Source: Aplysia californica (Eukaryota). From it: DNA of 64,000 nucleotides. This document shows positions 11,501 to 23,893 of this stretch, piece after piece. A program made the position numbers and the translations under genes. Each line of letters begins with the position of its first letter. The first letter of the stretch is position 1. A model generated the notes under the pieces. It saw only the letters and a list, made by a program, of their open reading frames with translations. It did no database searches and was not told where the DNA came from. The stretch is from NCBI RefSeq assembly GCF_000002075.1, contig NW_004797825.1, forward strand, positions 193,400-257,399, in the 5' to 3' direction.

Positions 11501-11937
11501 ATTTTGAATTTTACCCAGAAGGCAGCCGAAGCCTATCGGTACTCTTATCGATTTTTGGACCACCAAGGAATCTTTGACGTGCACAACTTGAACACGGGAC
11601 CTCCAAGATTTTTTGCCCTTTTATCTGAGAAGGCTAGATGTTAGATCTTACCTACCCTAAGGTCAGGGATGTGACTGAAAGTCAGCAGTAAGAAGGAGCC
11701 AAGGAGCACCAGTAGAAAGGCTGTAGAAAGAGTCAGGAGCCCAGAGCCCGGAGAAGGGGGGGGGGGGAGGGCAGAAAGTGGAGACGAAAGCAGGTGACAA
11801 AACATGGTTAGAAAGCAGGAAAGGAGGTGAAAGGAGAACATTTTAGAGAAGAAAATTTTCCGTCACTATCAGGTTTTTTAACCCGGGACCTTTTGAATGA
11901 GACGTGAACACCGTAATCTGTAGACAATGAGAGCCCT
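11501..11937 (-). mobile_element. tRNA-headed SINE with a Meta/MESC-like core, family A, copy 1
   Basis: Minus strand: degenerate tRNA head, then gaggtcccgtgttcaagttgtgcacgtcaaagattcc, resembling the Meta-domain motif GCACGTTAAAGAWCCC; aligns along its length with 15055-15901. Confidence 0.75.
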
Positions 11938-13253
11938 CGGATGGGGTCTGTGTTAGTGTTATATGGTCACTTACTAGACTTGACAAGCCAACTAACTGTT
12001 TAAAATTTGAAATCTTTATTTGATTTTTCTTTATCCATCAAAACTATTATCCATTATAAAATCTTCCTTGCATTGATTGAATGGACACACTTGGTCTGAG
12101 GATGGGTTGACGGAAAACTTTTGTAGCAAGGGACCTCTGTAAGCATGTTTTGACTCTGGCTTGTTGCGAAAGTGACTGTGACTGTAGCCAAGTTGGATAA
12201 GGGGTGCTATGGATAACATTTTATCAGTGATGATGATGGTGCATCTTCCTCTCCCTTTTTCTCCCACATAGTTTATGATTTTATTTTGGGAAGTAAGTAA
12301 ATAGATCATAGCACAAAATATTAAATGTCAGACTTGGACTTTGACTTTCAAAAAGTTGTAAACACTTGGCCTGGAAAATAACAAGGTTTTCTTGTAAGTT
12401 TCAATTTCAATATATCTTGTAGGACACTGAAAAAAGAAATGACGTTGAAAACACTGGAAAGGGGAGCAAGTCTTTATCCATGCTATTGAGTCTGTTAAAT
12501 ATGAAATATGAGGATATATTGTTCTAAGTTGTAACTCACTGTTTTATTTTCGTAACCCCCCCCCCCCCCTCTCCCAACCCCTTTTAAAGTTGGAAGGAAA
12601 GTCACAAATTCGGTGGTTTTTATTTTGATGGTACTATTTTAGTACCGTACTTGTGTGAATTTCTGGGCCTGTTCCAAATGAGTCGTTTTTGTTTTGGCCA
12701 CTAAACTTTAACCTTTTTTTCAGAGACAGAATGGAAAAAGAAGATGGCTTTGTTGTCAGAAAGATGGTGTTTAGAGAGGGTTTGTCTTCCGACAAAGTAA
12801 TGTTAGGTTTTAAAAAAGTCATGTATGTGTACTTTTTAGGCGGTCGCCAAAATATCTTTTTCACAATTTACTCAATATCGATACTTAACTCTTTCCCTCC
12901 AGCTTGCCTCTTCTCATCATTCTTTCTATGCGCATTCTACATTCATGTAAGTTTCTTGTTTGTATTTTGATCTGTCAATTTGAAACCATTTAAGGGGTCG
13001 ACCATCCATCTTTGTCAATATATTTGCTTAAGTTATAACTTTTTTTTGAAAACACACCATGGGAATCTAAAAAAAGGTCGGGTAGAAATTGGAAATACAT
13101 ATCCGTATGCAGAGAGTTAAAGTTACCTCTGATATTGGCGGGTGGACCATGACATCAGACTCCTCGTGAAGCCTCATGAAGTTTTTAAATGCTAAATACA
13201 TAGTTTTGTTTAAATTTGTACTAATTATTATAATTATTTGAAATCTCCAACAG

Positions 13254-13579
13254 ATTCAAGTTCTGAAATTGATGAAAAATCAGAAGACAGACTTTCAGGG
13301 TCTGATGCAGACTCAGAAAATGAGGATGATCTGCCAGAGAGTGAAGAAGTGCCTGAGAAGTCAGCCATGGCCAGTGTCGTGGCTAGAATCTTATCGAAAG
13401 ATATATCAAAGAGTAATCGTGTTCTTTTAGCTAAAGGAAAGACAGACAAAGAGATCCTTCAAGATATTTCTGAAAGGAAGCGTGCGAGAGAAAAATCTGA
13501 GGAAGATCCAACCAAACCAAAACAGAAAAAACGTTCTGAGACTGGTGAAGATGAGACAGATTTTTTCAAGGAAGAAAAG
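13254..13579 (+). CDS. RRP15: RRP15 exon 2
   Basis: ccaacag| acceptor and AAG|GTAAGA donor; acidic tract then AMASVVARILSK...VLLAK, like the RRP15 N-terminal conserved motif. Confidence 0.9.
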
Positions 13580-13789
13580 GTAAGACAAGATCACAAGGCA
13601 CCACAGGCTCCTCGATATAATTCCCCTTTTCCCAGTTTGTCTTGCTGAATTTGGTCATTATTAGTATTATTACAATATCAGTAATAGGACTGCCTCTTCC
13701 AGTGCTATCAAGTCAGGTTGCTTATAAAATACAATAAGGGGCCACATACACAGTTTACACTCAGTCCTTCTTTCCCTCGTTGGCCCTTG

Positions 13790-14000
13790 TATAGGTTTAA
13801 CTACTTTCAACACTGTAAGGTTATTTATGAGATGGGACCTCAGAATTTAACATCCATCTGTGATGACATGGATTGGATGGAGAGCTTTAAAAAATCTACA
13901 TAGCTACACAAGTTCAGAACGCTCCACTGGGAATTTGAATTAGAGCCATTGCCATCCTCTCTGTAGTCCAACATGATGCCAACAAAGCTAGTGGTGTGCC
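13790..14000 (-). mobile_element. tRNA-derived SINE, family B, copy 2 (degenerate)
   Basis: tcaacactgtaaggttatttatgagatgggacctc matches 1624-1660; decayed A/B boxes at 13930-13995. Confidence 0.6.
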
Positions 14001-14523
14001 CCCTATTTTCCCTGTTTTATTATCTTGCTATTCCTTTTTCAGGGGCATCTTTGTTGGGTGATAGTTTCAAACTAATAATGAAAAAAAGGTTGGAGTTTGA
14101 TTCCTGCCTCTATCGTGTAGGCATTTTGTCCTTAGGAATGGTATATTACTTATTTTTCCAAGTCAACCCAGCTGCCAATAGGTAATTGATAATCAGCTGC
14201 TGCAGGAGTTACTGTGAAATCATGTGGACCCCAACAACAATCGATCATACTGTATTTGTTTTTACTTTACTAAGTGGCAAATTTAGAAAATGTCTTACTT
14301 TGTTTCAAACCCAAAGTAACAGGAATTTATGTCTTTTTCCATGTTAGTGAATATGCTGAGGGTTGGACCATGAAATATTTCCTTTACCCTTCATATCTCT
14401 TTCATATTGTTATTCTGTTTGCCTGCCTTCTTGTATGTCCCTGTGTGTCTGAGTTAAGTGGGAAAATTTTAAGATTCATTTGATATAAGCCTGTCAATTT
14501 ATTTGCTTTATATTTCCTTTCAG

Positions 14524-14609
14524 CGGAAAATATGGGAATCCATGGCCAGGAAAATACCGTCTGTGCTGGATCTTCCAAAAGAGACAAAACTGCGCAAGAT
14601 AGCTACTCA
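14524..14609 (+). CDS. RRP15: RRP15 exon 3, RKIWESMARKIPSVLDLPKETKLRKIAT
   Basis: ttcctttcag| acceptor, CA|GTAAGT donor; E..LrkIAT motif of the Rrp15p domain. Too short for the ORF track. Confidence 0.9.
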
Positions 14610-15054
14610 GTAAGTTAAATGTTTTCGAAAGCCCATAATTCAAGCCTTACAATGTGCTTGTAGGTGAAGGAAGTTTTTTACTTCATGGTATATTTATACG
14701 ATGACATGAGCTGATAGCATTGGAAGAGGCAGTCTTGTTGCTGTCATTGTCATAATATCCTAGTACAGTGGTTTCTGGTTCATCGCACCCATTTTGGGTG
14801 ATAAGAAAGGTGTACTCCTGTGCTCACGTGTTATTGTAAGGGGAGTTTAGCTAGAGTGTGTATTCTGTTGAATTTCGTTGATTGATGGGAACCTCCTGGC
14901 ATCTGATCTCTTAGGTGGGAGGGGGGGTGTTGCATCTTTGAACCGAGCTGGCCCCGAGATGTGAAGTTTTCCTATGCTTTGCAATCACAGGCAATGACTG
15001 TCATGATAACGGTACAGCCTTCTCATCATCTTAAGGCTGATCTGTTCCCACTGT

Positions 15055-15901
15055 AGGAAATTTTGAATTTTGTCTGGGTGGCGGCAGAAGCCGACTTTTA
15101 TAGATTTTTGGACCGCCAAGGGATCTTTAACATGCGCAACTTACACACAGGACCTCATATATATTTTTCGCCCTTATCCAAGAAGGCTAGGTGTTAGATC
15201 TTGCCTACCATAAGATCAGGGGTGTGGCTGAAAGACAGCAGTTAGAAGGAGGCAAGGAGTAGCAGTAGAAAGACTGAGGAAAGATTCAAGAGCCCAGAGG
15301 TTTGGGGGGGGGGAGGTGAGGGAAGAAAGTGGAGATGAAAGCAGATGACAGAACATTGTTAGAGAGCAGGAACGGATGTGAAAAGATAAAATTTTCTGTC
15401 CCTGTCCGGATTCAAACCTGGGACCTATTATTAAATGAGAGGCAGACACCTTAACCCTATCCGTACGCGATCCTATACATGAGTTAAATTTTTAAAAATA
15501 CTTCCTCGTGAATAAATCCATGTTTGAGCGTATAATGGGTGGCGCTTCGTCTTAATCGAATACAGGATTTTTAGAGATATGTCGACTTTAGGTTAACATT
15601 TGAGCATTAACCCTATACGCACGCCCTGGGGTCATTTTGTACCTCCCGGGTTGTATTCTTCTCGTTTTAAAATACTTAATAAGTATTATTTAATATATGA
15701 AGATTTAATAATATGAAGATCTCTTTGAAACTGTATTTCTCAAAAAATGATTTTGACAGACTGCTATGCAAAGCGTACGGATCGGATTAACGAGTAAATT
15801 TCCTCTTTGAAAGTGGTGGCACAGAGTTCCCCACGTTGTATGGATATGATAGTAAAACACGACGTACGGATAGGGTTAACGTTTCGACCACAAGAGCCCC
15901 C
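15055..15901 (-). mobile_element. Meta/MESC-like SINE, family A, copy 2, interrupted in its A-box region by a MITE
   Basis: Aligns with 11501-11937; head sequence resumes at 15880-15901 after the insertion. Confidence 0.75.
15455..15875. mobile_element. piggyBac-like MITE (421 bp)
   Basis: TTAA|CCCTATCCGTACG ... CGTACGGATAGGG|TTAA: perfect 13-bp TIRs starting CCC, with a TTAA target-site duplication (TSD). A partial copy lies at 23753-23893. Confidence 0.85.
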
Positions 15902-15959
15902 TAAATGCTGTTGACATGAGCAATATTAATTTATTCACTTCATTTATGACTGCTCCCTG

Positions 15960-16220
15960 GCGTGTGTGCGCGACTGTGTGTGTATGTGTGTGTGTATGAG
16001 AGAGTGAGAGAGAGGGGGGGGGGGGAGTGAGAGACGGAGTGAATGAGAGAGCGAGCGAGCGAGCAAGATAGAGAGAGAGAGAGAGAGGGGGGGAGAGATG
16101 CAAATGTCCACTGGCCGCAAAACTAACAATATTAACATAACATGTATAGATTACGTTGTACTCCCGAGTATGGTAAATCTATCACTTTTTGGCCGTTTTC
16201 TTTATTATTATTCAATATGC
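15960..16220 (+). repeat. interspersed repeat with (GT)/(GA) microsatellite; second copy at about 48810-49000
   Basis: Shared tccactggc...aaactaacaa and cgttgta...ggtaaa.ctat.actttt blocks. Confidence 0.55.
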
Positions 16221-16718
16221 AGGGCAGGCAATAAGCCATAAGCCCAGTTGCACCTTTGCATTGATTACATACACGCTCAGTCTGAGGATGGGTAGGCAGC
16301 AAACTTTAGTGTGTACATGCTGTGAGCAGGTTTTGGGGCCAACTTGTTGTGAAACGGACTAATGTCAGAGTCCGCATGGAACAGGGACCGCTAGGAACAG
16401 TACCGGGTAGTCATCATTACAGGTGGCTGCTAAGGCATGTTTGACTGTATTTGTTTTGATCTTTAAGCTAGTTAATGAATCAATTAATCACAATGATCAA
16501 TGGGATTGTATGATTCTGTTGTGCATTTATGTTACTGCAATCTTATTTGGGTATGGTGCCTCGATTTGTTTCCTTGTGGTACATATAAAAGGACAAAGCT
16601 TTCTATTCTGTAGTTCTTGAGAGATGTCTTGTTTACGACCCATTAGTGTGTTATTGTTTTTGACTTGCGTCATTCCTGATCTCTTTTATGCTGAGTGTCC
16701 TTATTTTATTCCACCCAG

Positions 16719-16869
16719 GGGTATGGTGCAGCTGTTTCGTTCTGTTCATGAACACCAGAAAGTCATGAAGCAGAAGCTGTCATCCGTGGGAGCGTCAGAG
16801 AGGAAAAAAGACAAAGTGATGTCAGAATTCACGAAGGGGAAATTTCTTGATCTTCTGAAAGGCAAAGAG
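16719..16869 (+). CDS. RRP15: RRP15 exon 4, GMVQLFRSVHEHQK...KGKFLDLLKGKE
   Basis: Completes the IAT(Q)G(M)VQLF signature of the Rrp15p domain; phase 2 in, phase 0 out. Confidence 0.93.
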
Positions 16870-18293
16870 GTATACTCTCTCTGTTGCTCAATGGGGGGGG
16901 TGCTTTTACAACTAATGATTTTGGATCAAATTATGGTATCTGATTTATTCATTTCTAAGCTTAAAACCAGCTTTGATGAGAATTTTTGGAGAGAGCATAT
17001 GTTCCCCTAAAAGTAGTAAAAGTGTCTTTCAAAACTTCGGGTAAGGGCAGAAAATGTATATTCAGAAAACACGATTTATTGCGGAACAAATTTCATTTTT
17101 CTCATTTCTTCCACTTTTTACAATATTTTTCCACCTCTTAAAATTCCAATGTTTTCAGTATTTGTTGTTCACATGATAACTTACCTTTGTACAGATAGAT
17201 AGATGAATAGTTGCCTTTATAACTTAAGTTATGGGTGATTGTGTAATCACAGAGGGTGGGGGGTAAATACTGGAGCCAAGCTGGACAAAAGTTTGTTCAT
17301 GTTATATCTATCAAAGTGCCAAATTAAAATAAATTTGGTTGGAATGTTTTTCAAAATCCTCTTTGATGTTATGAAAGTGAAAGCTGTTAGTTTCAACATG
17401 GCTGTGGTTACCATGAATTTAAAAAAAAGATGTAATGTTGATTGTAAAAATTGCCTATTACACCTCCTTGCAAAAAAAAACATTATCAGGGGTTTATAGT
17501 TACCAAGGTAGGTCCAAAAAGCCGCACCCTCCTTAAATGGAATATTATTTATCAATGTCTCAATAAAACATTAATTTTGGATGCCTTTCTTTCAATATTT
17601 TTTTTATGTAATTGAAATACGATGTCATACTGTTTTGAAATGATGATGTTTTAAAGTCATTTAATTAGATTTCGTTTGAATAGTCATGTGTGCAAAAAAT
17701 AATGACGTTTCATTACAGAACAGCTGTACATTTCTTAAATTGTTTTTCTTTATTTCTTTTCGAATGATCAATAAATTACTTCAGGGCATAGAGATTTGTA
17801 GAGGTAATAAGCAGGCCGATTACTTAAAGTTTATTAGCGAGGTAGCTGCTTTGGAGCAGCTGCATTTTTATCGTTTATCAAGTTTTGATCCTGATTTGCA
17901 CTCTTGCCTACTTATTCATCATTAGAGAGGGTATGGTAGGCCTATAAGTTTTATTTCTAAAACACAAAGCTGAAAAATGGAGACTATTTTTTTAGATCTT
18001 AAACCTAACAATTATTGTTTATGAGCATTGTGAGAATTTGATAGAGAAATGATGTTTTCATAACCATAAAAATCCCCCCCCCCCCCCCCATTAAAAAAAA
18101 ACCCCAGGCAATATAACATCTACAAAATTAGACTACCCCCCCCTCTCAATATATATATATCTGTGTTCAGAAGTCTAGTTGCACGTTGATTCTGGGATAT
18201 TAGTCTGAAAACATTTTTTTGTTTTGAAGTGTGTGCTTTTCATAGATTATTGGTTACATCTGTATGATGATTTAATTGGTTGTTCTGTTGCAG

Positions 18294-18458
18294 TCAAAGA
18301 CAGACAAAAAGGAAGGCAGTGGAAAATGGAAAATTCTACAAGATGACTACATGATGGGTGCTCAAATGAAGGACTGGGATAAGGAAGACCCTGAGGATGG
18401 CAGTGATCTTGATCAAGAGAACCCAATGGAAGATGATGTTTTGTCGGACAATGATTGA
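18294..18458 (+). CDS. RRP15: RRP15 exon 5 (terminal), ...WKILQDDYMMGAQMKDWDKE...
   Basis: Hallmark RRP15 C-terminal W.IL.DD.MMGA.MKDWDKE; TGA stop immediately followed by AATAAA. Confidence 0.93.
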   Translation, partial: SKTDKKEGSGKWKILQDDYMMGAQMKDWDKEDPEDGSDLDQENPMEDDVLSDND

Positions 18459-18825
18459 ATAAATATATATATCTAATTTTTACACTTGCCATTATGTATT
18501 TCTGTGCTTGATATCACATTGCGGTTTCTTCCAATTACTGTCTAGTTTTGGCAACGCACGTTGTAGATCGCAAGTACAGTCAGGCACGGATAACTCAGAC
18601 ACGCCAGGATTGATAAATGTGTGCAACATACTCATAATTCAGGTTAGCCGATAACAAAAAATTTAAGTGATATCAGTTGGGGAATGGCAAATTGATTTAG
18701 AGCTTTCCGTGTTTATGATTGTTATCTGTGTCCGATTTTAGAAACAGTTGCATTAGGAAAAGAATGATGCTGGCTACTTTTTAACTGCTGACAACAAAAA
18801 CAGTGGTGACTACTTGGTAGGGACA

Positions 18826-18998
18826 TACTATAACGACCTTCGATATAACGATATCGTCTGTATAGCAACATGGTGCCCAGGTCCCGATTTTTTCCTTATT
18901 TATCATTAGACATTTTTGGTTGCCTCTCTATAATGACAACTCTCTATAACCACATTTTTTTCTGGTCCCGACAATGTCGTTATAGAGAGGCTGCACTG
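18826..18998. mobile_element. partial pogo/Tigger-like MITE
   Basis: Repeated tataacga motifs; right end gtcgttatagagaggctgcactg|TA. Confidence 0.55.
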
Positions 18999-20469
18999 TA
19001 TCAAAATCAAGCTAATTCTGGATCCAATAAAGTCATTTCCAGTCATGTGCAATCTCTCATTATCAGGTCCTTATCAAAGAAAATGCAGAAGTGTAAAATT
19101 TGATTCTGTGATCCTATGCAGTTGCAAGTGCCGTAAAACCTCAAAACTAAACTAAACGATTCTGTGATATTTTAGTTTCACTCAATAATTCGTGGCCTGC
19201 TCCCAGCTTATATGCTGACCCTATAAATTTTGATTTTGCATAAGACCTTAAGAAATGTAATGTCAAATTGAAGAATAAAATTGCAGTCCCTGGCTGAAGG
19301 TGGTTTCAGATTTGACATTTGACAGTAATAATTCATGGGCTAAAACTAAAACTGATCAAACTCATTCTAAGTGCTGGAAAGACTAAATTGCACCACGTGT
19401 GACCACTGTCCTTGTCCAAACACACCTTTTTCCCATATATATATCAGCATTTTGAATCCTAGAAATTGATCAGTCTCTTCTTATGCTTTGAACTGTTGTT
19501 TGTTCGTAAAGTTTCACCTAAATTCATCATACAAATAGCTGTTTAATCCTCGAGTCTGTCGAGACTATTACCCCTCATATCTGGATTTCGAGGAATTTTA
19601 TAACAATTGCAAGGAAGTACGCCCTTTGATTGAACAGAAATCTATGGTGTTGAAAAGAGAAAGTGGCTTGATTTTGATTGAAACGTCTGGTTCAATAACA
19701 GACGAACAGGGGAAATATTCAATTTTTATGCATTTATTTTCATGTCTTAATTTTTGAATGTTTACTAAATTACTGGTCAGAGAAGTGGTACCTTAAACAG
19801 CGACCCATTTTCAACAACTCACAGAAAAGGAACCAAGCATTGGTAAAAAAATAGAGATAAGCAAGTCATTGTTTAAGGCTTTACAAACACTTGTTGTCAT
19901 TCTCTGAAATCTGTTCATTATCTAGCAGTACTGCAAGCAACAAGGATGAGTGTTCGGGATTTTATTTTAAAAATTACATGAATTTGAGATTACAAGTACA
20001 TAAACACACAAATTTCATTGAACATACATGAATACATGTAATAATGATATAATATTGTTATAAAAAACATTGCTTATACGCTCCCAAATATAAGGTCAGA
20101 TTGAGGTGCTGACATTTTTGCACTTCATCATGTATGTTACAAGGTATAAGATAGCTTATATGTTTTTGGAAAGAGTATGAGCGAGTCCTAGTCCAAGTTA
20201 CACTTATGAATTCACTTTGCCTCATTTAATTTCAAAGGCAGTAGACTGATCTTCTGATATGATGTTCAAACAAACAACTGGCCCAAAACTGGGTTCCAAT
20301 TCATGATTGGAGTACATGTACAGCATCATCCATTACCCTGAACACATACCAATGAGTCAATGAGCTGATGAGACCCTATTAAAAATTGTTTTCCCTCTTA
20401 CAATGGAAGAACATTACCAGCAGCAATCTTTTTGCTCTGCAGATGCAAAGAAATTAGCAAAACTAAATA

Positions 20470-21291
20470 CAGTGGAATCCTGTTATAATGAGAGGGAGGG
20501 GACCGGTGCGAAATGTCCGTTATACCAGGATTCTCGTTATGAGGAATCCAGTAATAAATTCAATGGAAATAATAAAGTAGGCCTAATCTAGGAGTTTGGT
20601 GTTGTTTATTTCTTTTTGTTATCTCCCCTGATGATGACGTTCTACATGACCTCTAGTTAGGTCTTACTTGATCAAAAATCGAATCGGGTTTCTTTCTCAA
20701 GCGCTAGCGATGTTGACAGCACTACGTTGGCGATCAGAAAGAATGCGCTCTGGGCTAACTCGCCCGCTGCGTTGTCCTCCACCCCACCGCACCCCGGGGT
20801 GTGTTTCGTCTGCTTGCGCACGTTACTACACAGCACTCCATCCATCACAGCATTGTGACCTCTCCATCCACGCTTCGGAGAAGTGAGGGCATGGGTAGTC
20901 ACCGTAGTGGTAGGCCTAGATAATCTAGACTAGGCTGGCCTATCACACGATGCGTTCTGCTTGTCTGCGCTTACCACACCCTCCCCACTCATTCGCTCCG
21001 GCCTTCATTGTTGGCAAACGTGGGCTCTCCTATTCTTTGTTTCGTTCAAGGAGTTGGTGTAAGGTCCTAGGTTTCGCTAGATCACTGGCGAGGTTTATAT
21101 GTATAACTGGCCTGTGCGCTGTGCAAAGCAGCAGCAATATTCTGCTATAACCGACTCCCGTGTTTGTCTGATTGCGCTATAGCAGTATTTTTTTTACTAA
21201 GGTAAAGAAGGGAAAAAAACTGGGTTTTAGAATGGTGTCTTTATAACAGACTTCTCGTTGTTTCAGGACTCGTTATAAGTGGACTCCACTG
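20470..21291. mobile_element. Tc1/mariner (pogo/Tigger-like) MITE, 822 bp
   Basis: TA|CAGTGGAATCCTGTTATAA ... TTATAAGTGGACTCCACTG|TA, i.e. TIRs with a TA TSD; CpG-rich interior. Confidence 0.85.
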
Positions 21292-23752
21292 TAAACATGT
21301 TCATCTGATTGATGTCATCAGTGTTTGGAATGGCCAAGTACATGTAGTTGAAACAGCACATATATATCATTCATATTCAACGCTTATATCTATAGATTTA
21401 TATATCCCTCAGTACGATGCTAAGATACAGGATACACTCACACAGAAATATATAAACACCTGGGATAACACCAACACATGTAAGCCTACCATGTCTATCC
21501 TTTACAGGGGATAGGAATGAAATTTCTTTTTCAGTAAAGACCATTTCGATTTAAAACGTACATCCGGTTCTTGTGCAGTCATTTGTCAGTCACTTGTATA
21601 AAAAAAAGGGTGAAGTGGTGACTTCATTGTTGTTCTTTTGATTGAAGAAAACACGAGGTGGTTGGCACATGAAATATAATACTAATACTACACTTTAACA
21701 TGAAAGAATTTCAAATCCCCTGTTTTTTTTTCTGGTGCCCTCTTTATTTTATGCATTGCAACTTCCCTTAACAAACACCAAAAAATTCCAACAGATTTGA
21801 TTATCGTGATGGAGTTTTAGGCTGTTTCATCATTTCTCACAGATGAGTCTCCCCTTTTGCGCTCTCCCCCCTCCAACTATTAGGCGGCTGTTAGTAACTA
21901 ACAGCCGCCTAATGTTGTCAATACATAAATATTACAAAACATGCCCTCAATGGCTAAGACACACACAACCCCACTTCCTGAGCGCAGTGGGTGGTGAACT
22001 GGCTCAGAAAAGTGCATATAATATATTCCCAACATGGAGATTGCGCAGACTTCAAATTGTAATGTATACGTACAAGTAGTACCAATACCATTCGCTCCAA
22101 AAGTTTTAAAATATCACAAGACACATCTTTACACAGGCATTGCTTTCGAAAGTCGGGAATACATCACTATTAAGCCAAATTCAATAATCTTCTGGCCGTG
22201 GGACTGAGAACAGTCTTATAGCATACTGTACACCATGTTCCCCCATGCCTCTTTCATAAATGTTCCCCCCCCCCCCCCCCAACAATTTAGAATACTTTTT
22301 TAACTTTCAGTAATTCTCTCCATCTGTGAAGCTTGTCCTTGAATTCAATCCAACACCTCATAATGAACTAATACAGGTAACTGAAAGTAATTTATCTTCC
22401 GTTTTGCATCCTAATCAAAGCTCTGTTTCCCCGGCACAACTAAAAATAACATATCTGTTGCAATAAATAGTAATAGTATTGCCTGGCTTTCTCGGAGGGC
22501 TGGGAAATTCATTACTATTATTTAATATTATATATAAAAATTTCCCTTTACTAAAAAAATATAGACACCGTTGAACTGGAACAAACTCATCTTTAAAAGG
22601 TAGCAGGAACATACACTGGATGAGATGTCCTGCATACCTGAACAACAACTGAACCAAAATACTGGTAATTTTCACTTTTCTTCTTTTCATACCCCAGCCA
22701 CGCAAGAAAACCTAAATGCAAATAACCCTATGAGCAATGAGATGAATGTTCAATACTTACAGCATGCAGCACATTTAATTTTAAATACCAGGGACATCAA
22801 ACACACTGCCATAACAAAATATGTGTACATGTACAAAGAAGATGATGGTTCCTTCAGAACATGAGCAAGTAACTGGGACTTGGCAGAGGGGTTTTGTTAT
22901 AACTTACCTTTTAAAGCACATTCTTCAAATGAAGTGAATGAATCCCTTTTCTTCACACAGTATAACAAACATGAATTTCTTCAAAACTCGCATTTTGACT
23001 GTTAAGCAAACTTAAAGACAGACAGACTAAATGGAAGACAATAATTTAATACATGTCAATGAAGACATGCATTGATCACAGTACCATTGAGATTTTGCCC
23101 TTTTAAAAGGATATTGAAACACATCTGAAATAACCCTCAATCAATCGGGGATGTAACTAATGCATGAAGTAAGCACACGAACAAAGAAAAACCTAGTTTT
23201 AAGAATTGTCATGAACATTAGAAAAATGGGCCTATCACTATCACAGGTCAACAGATCTTAAGTAAGATTTAAAAAAGAATCTCATTCATATTTGGAATGT
23301 TCTTCCAGTCTTCTTGCACGTCTGCAAAATAGTCAATAAGACAAAATGAAATGTTTATCAGGAAATAAATTTAGAAAAAAAGAAACTGAACAAGAATTCC
23401 AAGAGAAGCAAATGAAGACATAAATTATACATGAATCTTAGAAATGAAAAAACAAAAAACAAACCCCCTTTCCTCAATTTTCCCCCAGGTGCTTGTGCAA
23501 TTCCAACCTTTTTGTGCTGAAAGTATTTTTAGAAAAGGTCTCTGATTAAATTGTTTAAGTGTCCAAATACACATTTTCAGTTCTTGGTTACAGTTGAACT
23601 AAAATTTTCTATTCTATTTGATAAAAAGGATAACATACAAAACTATTATACTGGACCTATACCACCTTTGAGAAAAACTTTTATATACATACTTAAAATA
23701 CATGACTGCATGATCAACTCAATTTACAGTCAAGAAAGAGACAAAATAGGAT

Positions 23753-23893
23753 GATCCTATACATGAGTTAAATTTTTAAAAAATACTTCCTCATGAACAA
23801 TCCCTGTTTGAGCGTGCAATGAGTGGCGCTTCCTCTTAATCAAATACAGAATTTTTAGAGATAAGTCGACTACATGTTAACATTTGAGCATTA
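23753..23893 (+). mobile_element. fragment of the piggyBac-like MITE
   Basis: Close match to 15469-15611. Confidence 0.8.

Noticed and set aside
20360-20400. CTGATGAG hammerhead-like core (also at about 454)
   Set aside because: No stem II followed by GAAA and no closing stems.
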